A stretch of 62,755 nucleotides of DNA, filler included, from Choristocarpus tenellus KU-1152 (Eukaryota > Protista > Phaeophyceae), in NCBI GenBank assembly GCA_964200185.2. It is 9 parts of 9 records of this genome, joined end to end, with 100 filler letters (N's around TTAATTAATTAA, not from the genome) between each part and the next. Parts side by side here need not be neighbours in the genome. Positions count along the whole stretch, not along the records: positions 45,047 to 51,527 come from CAXNAD020008046.1; positions 51,628 to 55,028 come from CAXNAD020020281.1; positions 55,129 to 59,111 come from CAXNAD020016803.1; positions 59,212 to 62,755 come from CAXNAD020019353.1; 5 more parts are not named here. One strand, written 5' to 3'. The notes below the pieces were generated by a model. That model worked only from the letters and a program-made list of their open reading frames with translations. It did no database searches and was not told the origin of the DNA. The translations under genes and the position numbers were made by a program. This document shows positions 50,401-62,755 of the stretch, piece after piece (the stretch's first letter is position 1; every line of letters begins with the position of its first letter).

Positions 50401-51780
50401 CACCAGGAGGGGCTTGTTAGATTCGTGGGGATACCTCCCTAGCCCCTCACCCTGGAGTATAGGACTAAGCTAGGTTAGAGGCACAGGAAGGGAACGGTGT
50501 AGCATAACTACTAGTAAAATAGCGAATAGATCAATGTCTTTCACATTTATGACAACTGTTACTTTTTTAGGGTTTATTCTGACATGTGAATAGTTTTTGT
50601 TGGTGTCTGATATTCTCTTTAAATTGGTCAAATTGTGGAAAGCAGGGTTTTCTGTTATCATACCGTTATCGCCGTATATGTTGTACCACCATATCGATGA
50701 AGGTTCCATCCATCTCAGGAATCCGCCACAGAATCATACAATTCATAATGTGGGCAGATTTTTCGACCCTTCTTCAAAATGTTGGCATATCTTCTGTTGT
50801 GGAGCCAAACCAGTTGAGGTAGGCAGGGTTGCATTTTAAGGATCCAGAGAAAGGACCAAAGACGACATTTTGTACAATTGTAGAAAGAGCCTTTGCTTAA
50901 TTACGATGTCACTTTTTTGTGGATAGGGGGGGTATCAATTTTGGGTATACTTGTATGCACATTAAGCATTGAAATAGAGTATATTACACAGGGTAAGCAA
51001 ACTTAGAATGCGAAAGGATCCAAACCTGCCTACCTCTCGATTGGTTAGTAGGCTGTGAAGGGGAACTCTAGTGCCTACGAACGTATGGTGGATGCAATGA
51101 ACGGATGGGTTTGAGGCTCTTTCGTGAGAGTGGAACTGATGGAAATTCACACTAGGTAGGATATCAGAGTCAGCCAGTCATAGATCAGTTGAAATATACA
51201 CGTTGTCACAATGACTATTTGACTGGGTGGTATTCATACAGACCATGCGTGCTTGATAGGGTTGGAGAATTAGTCACACATAACCACTTATTATGTGGAT
51301 CAATATACTTCTACAATGATATTTCTGCTTGTGATCATGCCACATGAGAGTCAGGCAAAGGTCTTGGACAATGTACTTGACTACACAAGCGAAGGTAACA
51401 AAGAAAGATGAAGAAGATAATTGTATAGAATAAGGCAAGACAGGAACAACTAGGACGGACTCAAAGTATCTGGGAGGGGGTGGAGGCTGTCCATTTGGGG
51501 TCAATTTTTTCATGTCGTGATTTTTGGNNNNNNNNNNNNNNNNNNNNNNNNNNNNNNNNNNNNNNNNNNNNTTAATTAATTAANNNNNNNNNNNNNNNNN
51601 NNNNNNNNNNNNNNNNNNNNNNNNNNNGGGGTCTACACCAGGGTGTTCATTTGGGCCAAAATCAGGAAACGTGCATTTATATTATCCATCCGATGTATGC
51701 AACCAAATTACCAAAAAATCGTGACTTGGAAAAATTGACCCCAAATGGACAGCCGCCACCCCTCCCAGATATTTTGAGCC

Positions 51781-52456
51781 TTTAGAGGGCAGGGCCGTGT
51801 CCGTTCGGAGGTCGCAAATCCAATCCTGCAATTTTGATTAATTTTGGCTATCACGTTTGTTAGGAAGTGTCAATATCCTTATTCTGGACACACCTTTCAT
51901 AGTGGTATACATTTTAGGTCATTGAGTTCACACAGAAATCGAAAAAGGGCATAAAAAAGCCGTGGGAAGTCAAGCCCTGAACCGACAAAGAGGGCAAAGC
52001 TCCTACCCTCTTAAAATGCTTTGAATCTAAATCCACAGCAGTAAGGGGTGGGTTCTCAATTCCAGAGGTTATTACTACAGTGTGAGTTCTCTGATGCACT
52101 CCGGCTACATAATCATTTTAAATTTTATTACAATATAGTAATTGCTGCTACATAACGCAATTTACACTAATGCATTCATGCCAAGGTTGTGGTGAGAATC
52201 ATGGGCCAAAGCATTTAAGAAGGTAGGAGTCTTGCCCTGTTTGTCCGTTTTGGGCATAGCTTTCCATGGGTTTTAAAGTCCTTTTTCGATTTTCTGTGTG
52301 AACGCAGTGACCTCAAATGTATACAGTTATGAAAGGTGTGTCCGGAGCAAGGATACTGACTCTTCCTAACAAAAATGATAGCCAAAATTCATCAAAATCG
52401 CAACAGTAGATTTATGACCCAAACGGACACAGCCCTACCCTTGAATGCTTTGCCTC
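51781..52456. mobile_element. Two family-B-subtype MITEs in inverted orientation (~51781-52027 and 52203-52456)
   Basis: Shared subtype interior (...TTCACACAGAAATCGAAAAAGG... and its reverse complement) around a ~175-bp spacer. Confidence 0.8.
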
Positions 52457-52650
52457 AACAAAGTTGACAGGGTGTGACGTGTAATACAATTGAAACTTTT
52501 TTTAACAATAGAATAGCCTATGATCAACCAACAGAATGCATTCGTCCTACAACATTAACTATCCTTGAATCCCGGCATCACCACTCCTAGGTGAAAGGAC
52601 AATTTTCAGTGTCAAGGACAGAGCTCGATCTGTGTATAGATTTGGCCAAT

Positions 52651-52785
52651 CAGTGAAAGTATCTTAGAGGGTACAAGTTTTGCCCTGTTTGTCCATTNNN
52701 NNNNNNNCCAAAATTACATCAAAATGGCATCATTGGGTTGTGTCCCCAAATGGACGCGGCTCTACCCTCTAAGATACTTTCGCTC
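52651..52785. mobile_element. MITE family B (internal N gap) with 4-bp TSD CAAT
   Basis: CAAT|CAGTGAAAGTATCTTAGAGGG ... CCCTCTAAGATACTTTCGCTC|CAAT. Confidence 0.8.
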
Positions 52786-53134
52786 CAATCACACAGTCAA
52801 GTCCAATTATATTTCCAAGTATATCCGCAGTTACTAACGTCATTTGAGAATGCTCTGTGACACTCTATACCTCCTAACTCTTACCCTCACCCTAGCCCCA
52901 TGAAAATGCCCACTTGGCTGTCGATTCCCCCAGTACCCACTCCTGACTTCATACCCTATTACTACATAGTAGAGCTATCTTATTACTTCTCAGCCCGTGT
53001 CAAATCAGCAGTCAGGACACGTGTTCCATGGGCTGCTGTACTACTGACTCATCTGTCCCAAACTCCCCCAGTCTACCACCACTTCACCATCACTTGGGTC
53101 ATCTGTTATTCTCCATATTACCCTTTTTACTCAC

Positions 53135-54917
53135 CCCACTGTCAAGGACCAGGTTCTCTGGCTTCAGGTCCCGATATGCAACCATCTTGGAGTGCATATG
53201 CTGGAGAGCAAGCAGCACAGCTGCAGTGTAGAACCTGACGTATGGGTGGGGTGTGGAAGGGGCAGGGTGACGAGAATCAACACCCGTGATTTGGCCCCCT
53301 CCTTCCAGAAAGGGTGGAGGCGCCTAGGTCCTGAAACAACATGTACCTATTTCAGTGAGGACTCGTCTTGTGAAAACTTCCAACAATCATGTTATTTTTT
53401 TTAACTTCCAATAGTTATTCATCATGAAATTGCAGCTTCTCATGGCAATAGCCTCATGTGAATAAAGCAATAAGGATTGCCATTGCCTCCTATTACAAAT
53501 ACTCATGTACAGTGCCCGAACCTGCGGCAGTAATAACTTGATTCCCCTCTCAACATGATACAACAGAAAACAAGATAAAATTAAGACATCTTATACTTCC
53601 TATCTTGAGGTCCGCAAATTTCCTCACCAATGACTCTCTGTACCGAGGATCTTATTTGTTGAGAGAGTCAAAGTGTCTTAGAGGGTAGAGCCGGGTCCAT
53701 TTGGAGGCCATAGTTCAATGTTGCGATTTTGATGTAATTTTGGCTACCGTGTTTGTTAGAAAGTGTCAATATCCATGTTCCGGACACCTTTTCATAACGT
53801 ATACACTTTACCTACTCCTAAACATTTTGGAGTAGGAAAATGTCATTGAAAAACCCATGGGAAGCCAAGTCCCAAACGGACAAACAAGGCAAAATTCGCA
53901 CCCTAACCCTAAGATACTTTCACTCAGATACATACAACAATGCTTTTTGTGTTACCCTCTTGGACGTGAATGGTGTTTCGGTGTACTAGTCATTATATTT
54001 TCGAGGTTTCTGTTGAGAGACCTGAAGAGTATTTGCTTTGGTTAAACATCATCCCACTTATCAGATTTTGGTGTGATTTTGCCTCTAGGAATGCTCATGC
54101 TAGGAGGAGGAACAGCAATGATCTCTGCCAAAAGACTTGTACATCAACTGAGAGGCAAACAATGTCCAGCCAACGCACCTCAAGCATAGCACACTGCACA
54201 AGTAGAGTGTTTTCGACCAGTATAGTTGTCAAAACGGTATGGGTAATGGAAGAAAAATGGTACAGAACAATATTCAACAAGGAATTCTTCCATGCAATTA
54301 GAATACAATCAACATAATTATTTACGCTGTTTTGTACTATCCAACTCATTGCTATCCGATTTTTCCACGGCAGCATTTTCACAACTCAGGCCAATTTTTC
54401 CTGGAGGAAAAAAACAAACCCAAAGGAGTAGGAGCATGTGCAAGAAACGGATGATCTTAAATTCCCACTTTTCCAACTCCAGTCAGTTGGTGCGTTTAGG
54501 CGTTTGACAACCCTCCTGCTCTTCCCTCTTGCCTTGTGAGGATTTGAATCCTCAGTCTATCTGGCTCAATTCATGATTTCAACTCAATATGTCTTGCCAT
54601 CGACTGATGCAGAGATTGGGGGGTTCGGGGATTTCACAGGGCGAGCAAATGAATGCTGTTGGCTTAATGCGGAAAACAAGCCATTCCCATGGTGGGGGCA
54701 TTGTTGTGATTTTGATAAAGAGTCCCCACCAATTCCACGCCACCAACAACCTTTCAACATCACCTCTCCGGCTTTGTCATCAAAAGGGTCGATCTTGCTC
54801 TTCATGCCAAAAACGGGAGTACCTTACCTGGTATCTGGTTCCGTGAAACGCCCTCTTCGCTGCAGGTGTGTGAAGATCTCGCCCCCCATGAGAACCTCCA
54901 TAATAAAATAGATATAC
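53135..54917 (-). CDS. Two internal exons (54917-54828, 53234-53135) of an AGC-family (PKA/PKG-like) Ser/Thr kinase; not captured by the ORF track
   Basis: Spliced translation [30 protein letters not shown]|[33 protein letters not shown], with canonical cag|...|gtaagg and cag|...|gtgagt sites. Confidence 0.9.
53665..53925. mobile_element. MITE family B inside the kinase intron; another truncated copy at ~54992-55028
   Basis: GAGTCAAAGTGTCTTAGAGGG ... CCCTAAGATACTTTCACTC. Confidence 0.88.
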
Positions 54918-55382
54918 CTGCACAACAAGTTCAAAGTTGAGTGTTTTGGGGTGGATTACAGGACAGGGGGTGAATGTGAAGAGATGTCAAAGAGTGAAAG
55001 TATCTTAGGGTTAGGGTACGAGTTTTGCNNNNNNNNNNNNNNNNNNNNNNNNNNNNNNNNNNNNNNNNNNNNTTAATTAATTAANNNNNNNNNNNNNNNN
55101 NNNNNNNNNNNNNNNNNNNNNNNNNNNNCCGCTCGAGTCCATGGCAGCTCAGGTGAGAGGGCGACAGATCTTTCGGACCAAGGGGGGGGGGGGGGCTGAA
55201 ATCACTGGAATTTTGGACAAAATATGCATCCTTTTTTTTAGATATAAGAGTTGTATAATCAGCCATTGTTTGTTGGAGTTTTTTGTCCAATGTACTAATA
55301 GTATATTTCTTTGTGACTTCTCCCTTCTGGTAGGGTAGAATAGACAAACCATGAAATGGACAGGGTGTTTGTTATGCCTCAC

Positions 55383-56695
55383 CCTGGGCCAAGGACAGCT
55401 TGGGAAGATGCTGTTTGTTGGTAGATACTGTTGTTAAGCCCTGTCCAGAATTTGGTGCAAATTGAATCAGTACGCCCCAAGAACTACCCTCCTTTCCCCC
55501 ACACCCTCCCGGAATGCTGTTCTCTTGGCCACCAAGGACCTGTCTACACGCATTACTCTCTTTGAATTGTCCTGCTTCTTGCCCTACGGTTGTTGCCAGA
55601 AGCAACAAGAGTGACACAGCACAACCTTGTACTATGCAAAGAGACTCTGCCAGATTTATGCCAGATTTATGCCAGATTTATGCCAGATTTATGCCAGATT
55701 TATGCCAGATTTATGCCTATAGTTCACATCACCGTACTTTTGGTATCTCCTTACCTTTTTCTCACAAAGGTCTTCGATGTTCACCCGAGCAAATCGCCTT
55801 CCATGGTTGGCATTGAGCGGAGGAACCTGAGGTTCAGAGGTTTCAAATCTGGTGACTGGGCAAGTTGCTTGGGGTCACACGTACCAAGCACCCTCTGGCA
55901 GAGGTCCCAAGCACCCACTGCTTCTCTCTCGGCAGATGCTCTATGTTACCTTACGCTCTTGCCCTAAAGGAAAACAATATCCCCCTCTACAAGGCATGAG
56001 TGAGACACAACAGCTGGCAGGACGTTCTCCTGAAGAATTTTGTTGTAGGTATCATTGGTCACATAATGACAGTCTCTTGATCTCCACGATACCCACTGGC
56101 ACAGTCAGAGAGAAGATCATCTAGCAGCCGCAACCCCTTCTGTCAGTGGCCAAATACTGATCTTCCCGTCCCGCCAAGCCCCGTCCTCCAAAACATGGGA
56201 GGCGTGCATTTTCGGTTGATAATATCGCTCTTGGTAGGTCTGACTTGCTTGCGATGGGAGGATATGACTTTGGCAATGCCTCCCCAAGGATAAGGTAAAC
56301 CCTGAAGAGATCGTAAAATTTATGCCGTGTCACTTCTCGTCCAGATAGAGTCGGTCAAACATGAGAACCCGAGGCCTTACCCCCTAACCCTTTTTCTGGA
56401 TGCTGCTCGGGATGGAGGCCGCCATCTCCATCTTCTGCTGGTCTGAGAGGGTTAGGGTTTGATGAATCTTCACCCTACGGTTTTGAGTAACGCCACCCCA
56501 ACTCCAGCCCATCTCTTCTCACTCTCACCGGTCTGTTCAAGCACGCAGACGGCTGCAATCGCATTAAGATCCACTTGCAAGAGCCATGCCCTTGCAGTCC
56601 TCCCTTGTCGGTCCTTGCCAGCGCTGGCATTTGTATTTTTCTGCCTCCTCCTCCTCACGCGGAGCAGACGCACGTGCATCCAACCTGCCCTGATT
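55383..56695 (-). CDS. Possible exons of an unidentified gene or pseudogene
   Basis: GT-AG-bounded open segments such as cag|VPPLNANHGRRFARVNIEDLCEKK|gtaagg followed by cag|VLGGQENSIPGG...LSLAQ; no family recognised and neighbouring segments contain stops. Confidence 0.3.
55648..55717. repeat. 11-bp tandem repeat (GCCAGATTTAT) x6
   Basis: Perfect units read directly from the sequence. Confidence 0.95.
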
Positions 56696-57926
56696 TTTCA
56701 GCAATTGCACTGTGCCCAGTTGGCTTTCTTTTTTTGGTAAAGACTGGGGATATTTTCTAGTTAGTTTGGGGTCGAGAGGCTAAACTGTGTAAGGGAGACT
56801 TTCTTCCTGAAAAAAACAGATTCTTGAAGGAGGAAAGAAAGCCTTACGAGTGGATATGTGTGTGTGTGTGGCGTGTGTGTGTACTCTCCACACATGCAAG
56901 AGGCATACGTTGGACTACCCAACTAGCCGGAGGTGCATCTTCCTTTTGATGAGCGAACACATGTGACACGCCTATGATACGTCGCTGGCATTAAGGAGGT
57001 ACACGGGCAACAGCAGACAAGCAGTTGAGGTCCTGGAGGAATCGCAGCTGACCTCCCATCCACCCCACTTGGCGTCAGAATTGTCAAGGAGCCTAGCTCA
57101 AAAGCCCCCTAGCGAACGCCGCCTGCATGGCGCATTGAAAGATGCTCTCTTCCAGTGTCTGTGCTGTAGAGTGGTGTAGAGAGTAGTTGCTTAACAATTG
57201 ATTGGGTTCCCTGATACCTGAGTGTGGAGGCACCTGCCACATGGCAAGGACCTCTTGTAGCAACTCCAGCGGTCTCAAATCGGGTTTGGTCTATTTGGCA
57301 GTTTCAAAATCACCACCGATAAGAGAACTCTTGACAGTACAGTGTGTAACTGCTTCTACTTGTTTGCCGGTAAATGCATATTTACCGTCGTATGCCCCCG
57401 CTCCATTGATCGCCCAGTGCCTTGGTTGGCAGCAAAGAAAGAAGAAAAAGAAAAACTACATGAGTTCAGCGGCCTGCTGAGCGATATATATAAATGCTTC
57501 CTATATTTTTCAAGCGTTGAGCAACAGCCCATTTAAAAAATGATTTTTTTTTAAAAAAGAAAAAAATTTCGTGTTTTTTTTTTAGCCGGGGAAATACGAT
57601 GTCTCGAGATCGAGAGCCGTTGTGTCTAGCTAGCTCTACGGTTTTTCCTCCGGTGTTTTCAACGCACGATTTTTTTTAATTATTATTATTTATTTATTTT
57701 GAAGAGGTTGAGAGGAGTATCAAGAAATGCGTGCCCAATCGAAACTCGCAAGTGAATTTCACTTCAAGGAGCACCCCTCCCCTAAACCCAAATGAGATTT
57801 GAACAAACGCTTGAATGTACGACAAACGTACCTGAACGTTTCGAGCGGTGTGAAGTGAAGCAGGACCCCGATCGATCCGGTAGAAACCGATCCCCGTAGT
57901 AAATACACACTTGTGACCCTAACACT

Positions 57927-58049
57927 ATGAACCCATATGTATGTACATATGGGGGGTATTATTACCACTGTGGGTATATACTGACCCTTCCACCATGAAC
58001 CCGTTTGTATGTACATATGGGAGGTGTTATTACCGCTATGGGTACATAC
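57927..58049. repeat. ~55-bp imperfect direct repeat x2
   Basis: ATGAACCC...GTATGTACATATGGG.GGT.TTATTACC.CT.TGGGTA.ATAC at ~57927 and ~57995. Confidence 0.8.
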
Positions 58050-59447
58050 GTGGTTATTACCGGATCAGTTGGGACCTGTTTTGACATGTTCGAAGAAGAA
58101 CACGACCTCTATGCATGCGTGTCAATTTTCAGTTAGCTATTGTTTCCATGGTGTATGCATATGCCATGTGTGACAATTTTGTTTAACCACGCACGCCTTT
58201 TGTCTTGTTGTGCACGCTACGCATTTTTTTTCTTTCTTGTACCTAGTCCAATCGCATGTGTGCCGGTTTCATTGGACGATTGACCAGAGTCTTTTCTTTT
58301 TTATTGATTTCTTGGTTCTACCGTGCATGCGGTTTCCACCGTATTTTATTCATCACTGAGAGTTGTTACAACAGCTCCAACAGATCCGTGAGCCATGTGC
58401 TCAAGAATTTTGGTTGTTTAGTCTACCCTACCAGGGGGAGTGGGACCGTTTAGTGTTTAGTGTTCAGTGAATGGAAAAAGTAACCTTTGAAGTTCAATGT
58501 TTTGGAGCAAGATGGTGATAAATGGCAACACATGAACATGTGTTTTTAATTTTTTTTAAGAGTGAATAACCTAACCACTTTAAATATGTTCTGAAACAGT
58601 ACCTTCGCCACGGGGGGTGAAAAACAAGAAAATAAAATATTAATGGCCCTCCTAAAAACCCTAACCCTAGCCCTAGCCCCAGCTACCTCGATCTCACTCC
58701 ATCCCCTCTCCCTGCAACCCCTCCATGCGTTTTTTGCTAGCAGGCGGAAGCAGCAGCAAAGGTGAAGACTGAGACTGAGGCTGAGCAGGCCAACAACGAC
58801 GGTTCCTCTGGAGAAGAGGAAAGCGGGCGGGGAGTTGACACCAATGGGGCTGGTGGTGGATTGCCGACTGGGGCAGGAGGGGGACTATCAGGGGGAAAGA
58901 AGGAGGAACTAGGCAATGGTGATGTCGGCGTTGACATGTTCCCGGATGTTGAAGACAAGTTGAGTAGTGATGAGGACGAGTCTTGAAGTACATCCTCTTC
59001 ATTGGCATTAATAGCAACAATAATCACTGAAAGATTTTGAGAAGGGAGGGGGGGGGGAGTAAAAGGAGGTTGTACACCTAGGGTGGAATATGTACTTAGT
59101 GGGTCATTTTCNNNNNNNNNNNNNNNNNNNNNNNNNNNNNNNNNNNNNNNNNNNNTTAATTAATTAANNNNNNNNNNNNNNNNNNNNNNNNNNNNNNNNN
59201 NNNNNNNNNNNAGTGCTGTGTGCTTGCTGCCTACTCCACCAAAGCACCTTGCGCCACGTACGCAAGAGCAGCGTAACCCCCCCCCCGCCCCCGCCCCCCC
59301 CCCCTGAAAAAAAAAAAAGAAAAGAAAAAGGTGTACCTTACATCTTGTAGAAACACGGTCAGGGGGTTCGTGCCCCTCATCACAGCTTGCAGTTCTGAGT
59401 ATCTAAATCTAAATGGAGGTCCTGATGAAACAGTCGGAAACATCTAT

Positions 59448-59846
59448 GTTACGACCGACAGTTTCAATACAGTTTACGACCGACAGTTTCAATACAGTTA
59501 CGACCAACAGTTTTAATACAGTTACGGTTGACAGATTCAATACAGTTTACAACCGACAGTTTCAATACAGTTTACGACTGACAGTTCCAATACAGTTACG
59601 GTCAACAGATTCAATACAGTTTACAACCAACAGTTTTAATACAGTTACGGTCAACAGTTTCAATACAGTTACGACCAACAGTTTTAATACAGTTACGGTC
59701 AACAGATTCAATACAGTTTACAACCAACAGTTTTAATACAGTTACGGTCAACAGATTCAATACAGTTTACAACCGACAGTTTCAATACAGTTACGGTCGA
59801 CTGATTCAATACAGTTTGCAACCGACAGTTTAAATACAGTTACGGC
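59448..59846. repeat. 24/25-bp minisatellite, ~16 units, with ~49-bp dimer structure
   Basis: ACAG(T/A)TT(C/T)AATACAGTT(T)AC repeated head to tail; TTACGGTCAACAGATTC and TTTACAACC units alternate. Confidence 0.93.
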
Positions 59847-61029
59847 TCCGGATTAATTTCCATCGGGAGCTAAGATACAAGAGCCCCCCCCCCCCCCGGG
59901 GACGTGCGATCGCTGCTGCTCGGGAAGCAAAAACTAGGGTACACGTCACTCTCTCACGGGGCAGGACTCCTCCCTCCGCCAGAGACAGTTTGCAGGCTTA
60001 CAGACAGCAGAGGGGAAGGGCATGCTACAGGCGTTATGCAGGTTTTGATGCACTCTCGGGAAAAAAGGGTTTGTTCTCACTGCTCGCGTTTTTTGGTACT
60101 GCTATGGTCAGGCGTTTGATTGATGGCATAACTGCTGTACGCCATCTTATTTTTTTTGTCTGGATTTGTCTGGGTTTTTATCCTCTCTAACCCTAACCCT
60201 AACCCTAAGAACGCCGTGATTCCTGATGGTGGGGAGAGTAGATGCCGATTTGGTTTGACGGAAACATTGGGTCACAAAAAGGTCTACAATGATGGAGGCG
60301 GATGTGGTCGATGTCTGGGTATGGATTGTTTAGTAGCAGGTTTTGGGAAACTAAGGAGGCGTTTGAGTGTCTGCTCGTCTCGGATAGAATTTTATGTAAA
60401 GGTAAGGGCATTGTAGATGTAGAGGTACTGGATCGGGAGGGATTGCAGTAATGCGCACACCTTCATCCTGCAGTTACCTCATGGTTTTTATTGATATTGC
60501 TGTGCTTGTCCTCTTGCTAGTGCGTGTGTATGTGACACCTTTGAACAGTGGTTGTTTGACCTTCACGCAGCGAAAACAGAAAGCCTTTGTCCTTTCTTGT
60601 GCAAGGCCATCGCCCTTCACCGACTTTGGATTCAAGAGCGACAGCAGCAGCGGTTCTCTCAACTCAGTGCTAGGCTGAGTAGAAAGAAGTGGTGTGCATC
60701 ATTTTTGCGGTCGCTTCTTCACTGAGGCTCCATATCCAATAGAACAACACTAGCGTTCAGTGTAGCAATTTTTTTTCCCCCCTTTTTTTTTTTTTCCTCG
60801 ACTGTGTCCGCATACTCCGTTCTCCACTCCTAACCTATTAGTAGTACAAGCACTCTCTTACCTGTAAGCACAGATAGTCTTCATACCAAGTGGCACAAGA
60901 GTCACCATACAGCTGCCCTTAATCTGTTCCGAGCTCTGATGTTGATGCTTCATTCATCACCTTGTGCAGACTCACTGTTAGTTGCCTCACACACCTGCTG
61001 AAATCGATTCCCATTCCTGGTGTTGAGGC

Positions 61030-61745
61030 GCAGTTGTCCGAGTCTGGCCAGGGCTCTTCTGGGAACGCCTTGGCATTGTTAGGTTATCCCTCGAATGTGG
61101 CTCCCCTGCCTGGGGTGGATACCAACTCCCATCTATTTATTGTGGACTCTGCAGCCCAACGCGTGGCGCACAGGATTGACCTCCCTTTTCGGAGGGCGAT
61201 AGCGGTGAGGAAAGTGTCACCACCTTCCTCTGTGAGTTGGGTATCACACAACTCCTGTTTATGTGCGGTTCGCTGCTCACCAGAGTCAAAATATACTTGT
61301 CGTGTGCTCTTGTACCCCTGTTCTCCCTCTGGTTAATACACCCAAGGGTCAATCTGACACACGGTAGGTACTTTTAAGTACTTGAAAGGCAAGAGGCCTT
61401 TCACCATCCATCCCTACCCGTCCCCCTTAATACCCCCCACTCCTCTCTCCAAACTATGCCCTTCCTATTGCGTATCGACTGTAAGGGAGTGCCTCTCTCT
61501 TCAGGTCGCAGGGGGGTTGCAAAGGGGTTCACGTGGGTTGGGGGGGGGTCCCGTTGCCCTTGGCACAGTGAGAGCGTGTATGCTGTGGGCTTCCAGCATG
61601 GAGCAGTGTGTTTGGTAGACACCAGGGTCGGGCGGGGTGGGGAGGTGGCCCACACTTCTGGTGAGATTGAGGGTTTTGTGACAGGCCACCGGTGGCTTCA
61701 GCGTATACGATCTACAGGACCTCTCCTGCTGGTGTCCTATGCAAG
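61030..61745 (+). CDS. Probable exons of a WD40-like beta-propeller protein (partial)
   Basis: SHLFIVDSAAQRVAHRIDL and cag|...VYAVGFQHGAVCLVDTR...LLLVSYAR|gt resemble WD40 blade strands; boundaries approximate. Confidence 0.4.
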
Positions 61746-62651
61746 GTGGGCGACTGTTTTTGAGTTGTATGGTACAACAAGAGGGTGGAGGGTGTGTGTT
61801 TTTAAGAGGGTGGATGGGGATGAAGCATGTGGGGAGGGGATGTAACACCACGATTTGCAAGAGTTGACCAAAGATGGAGGATGAAGTTTCTTCAAGGCTA
61901 TTATTATATATTGATTGCACATGTTATTCTCCATTCAATTTGTCAGTCTTGACTTCCACTGGTGAGGTTCACAAGTCCCTTCTTGTTTTTCCAAGTAACC
62001 CCCCATCACCAACCCCATGGTTAAGATGGCGATCATATTGACATGCAATATCTTGGATAACACGAGGAGATTTGGAAAATGTTGGCATCATTTTGAATGG
62101 AGTGAGGGTTCATTATCTATCTTCATGCACACATGGAAATATTTGCTTATAGAGGTGCAAGATTTTCTCTTGAGGGTGACTTTTGTTGTCAGCCTGGGCA
62201 CAATCAAACATTTAGTCACACTATTAAATGAATGGACAAACCTAGATTAATTTTCTGTTCATAGGAGCCAAAGTAGGTCCAGTGTGCCTTGCATCCAACA
62301 CGCTTTCTTGACAGGGCAGGACTGACTTCAGAACGACCTTGCTAGAGATTGTGTCATTAGTCATGTCCTCTGTGGAAGATTTTGGAGGCCTGAGCCCCCT
62401 TGGCCTTGCTTTTCCATGGACTAGGTGACCCCTCGCCATCCAGTATTTAACCCTGGAGGTATTATCTTCAGAACAGCTGTGACATAGCAGGGTGTATAGT
62501 TTACTCCAATCACTAGGTCCTGCTCATTTATTTATTCAGGTGAAAGTAGTCAGTAGCATGAAACTCAATGACACTCCCCGCCTTCACCCTATTTGCCAAA
62601 CTTACCCCTCTCTCATCTCTTCTCCTTCAAAAACTATGGCATGACGAAAAT

Positions 62652-62653
<2 letters not shown>

Positions 62654-62686
<33 letters not shown>

Positions 62687-62735
62687 CCCGGACGGAAGGG
62701 GGGGGGGAGGGGGGTGGGGGGGTGGGGGGGGGGGA
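62654..62735. repeat. Poly-G low-complexity tract at the window end
   Basis: Long G runs of the kind seen at several other block ends in this window. Confidence 0.85.
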
Positions 62736-62755
62736 CGGCGCCAAGCACCCGCCCC

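Noticed and set aside
58744-58986. Acidic/Gly-rich ORF as a gene
   Set aside because: Low complexity; at most an orphan terminal exon with no identifiable upstream part.
19727-59211. Regularly recurring TTAATTAATTAA palindromes
   Set aside because: Artificial six-frame-stop linkers inside N spacers, not biology.
35655-59846. 77-bp (35655-36258) and 24-bp (59448-59846) arrays as CRISPR-like loci
   Set aside because: Head-to-tail repeats without unique spacers, no cas genes, eukaryotic context.
60187-60208. (CCCTAA)3 and similar short motifs at ~30253 and ~58658 as telomeres
   Set aside because: Only 2-4 interstitial units; not a chromosome end.

Overview
Intron-rich eukaryotic genomic DNA, most likely a stramenopile/ochrophyte such as a brown alga or close relative. 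That placement is an inference from the MAKTPSK-type H2B N-terminus, a flagellar CFAP47-like gene and the Copia/LINE families present. The window is not one continuous molecule: nine sequence blocks are joined by eight artificial 100-nt spacers (N44-TTAATTAATTAA-N44), so adjacency across spacers is unproven. Block 1 (1-19726) holds a complete 14-exon SPB1/FTSJ3 rRNA 2'-O-methyltransferase gene (~1014 aa, one GC-AG intron). Its introns 5 and 6 carry the most interesting system here: four tandem U14 (SNORD14/snR128)-type box C/D snoRNAs and two tandem U15 (SNORD15)-type double-guide snoRNAs. The U15 copies have compensatory G-C to U-A changes in both kink-turn box pairs. Block 1 also has a decaying histone cluster: H4 with a G2R change, intact H2B, a 5'-deleted H2A and no H3, with 3' stem-loops and a secA pseudogene fragment between H4 and H2B. 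Later blocks hold partial CFAP47-like, DnaJ, AGC-kinase and WD40-like genes, Copia and non-LTR retroelement debris (including a ~630-bp gag foldback), MITE families sharing AAAGTATCT termini, and minisatellites. All calls are by eye; no database search was run.
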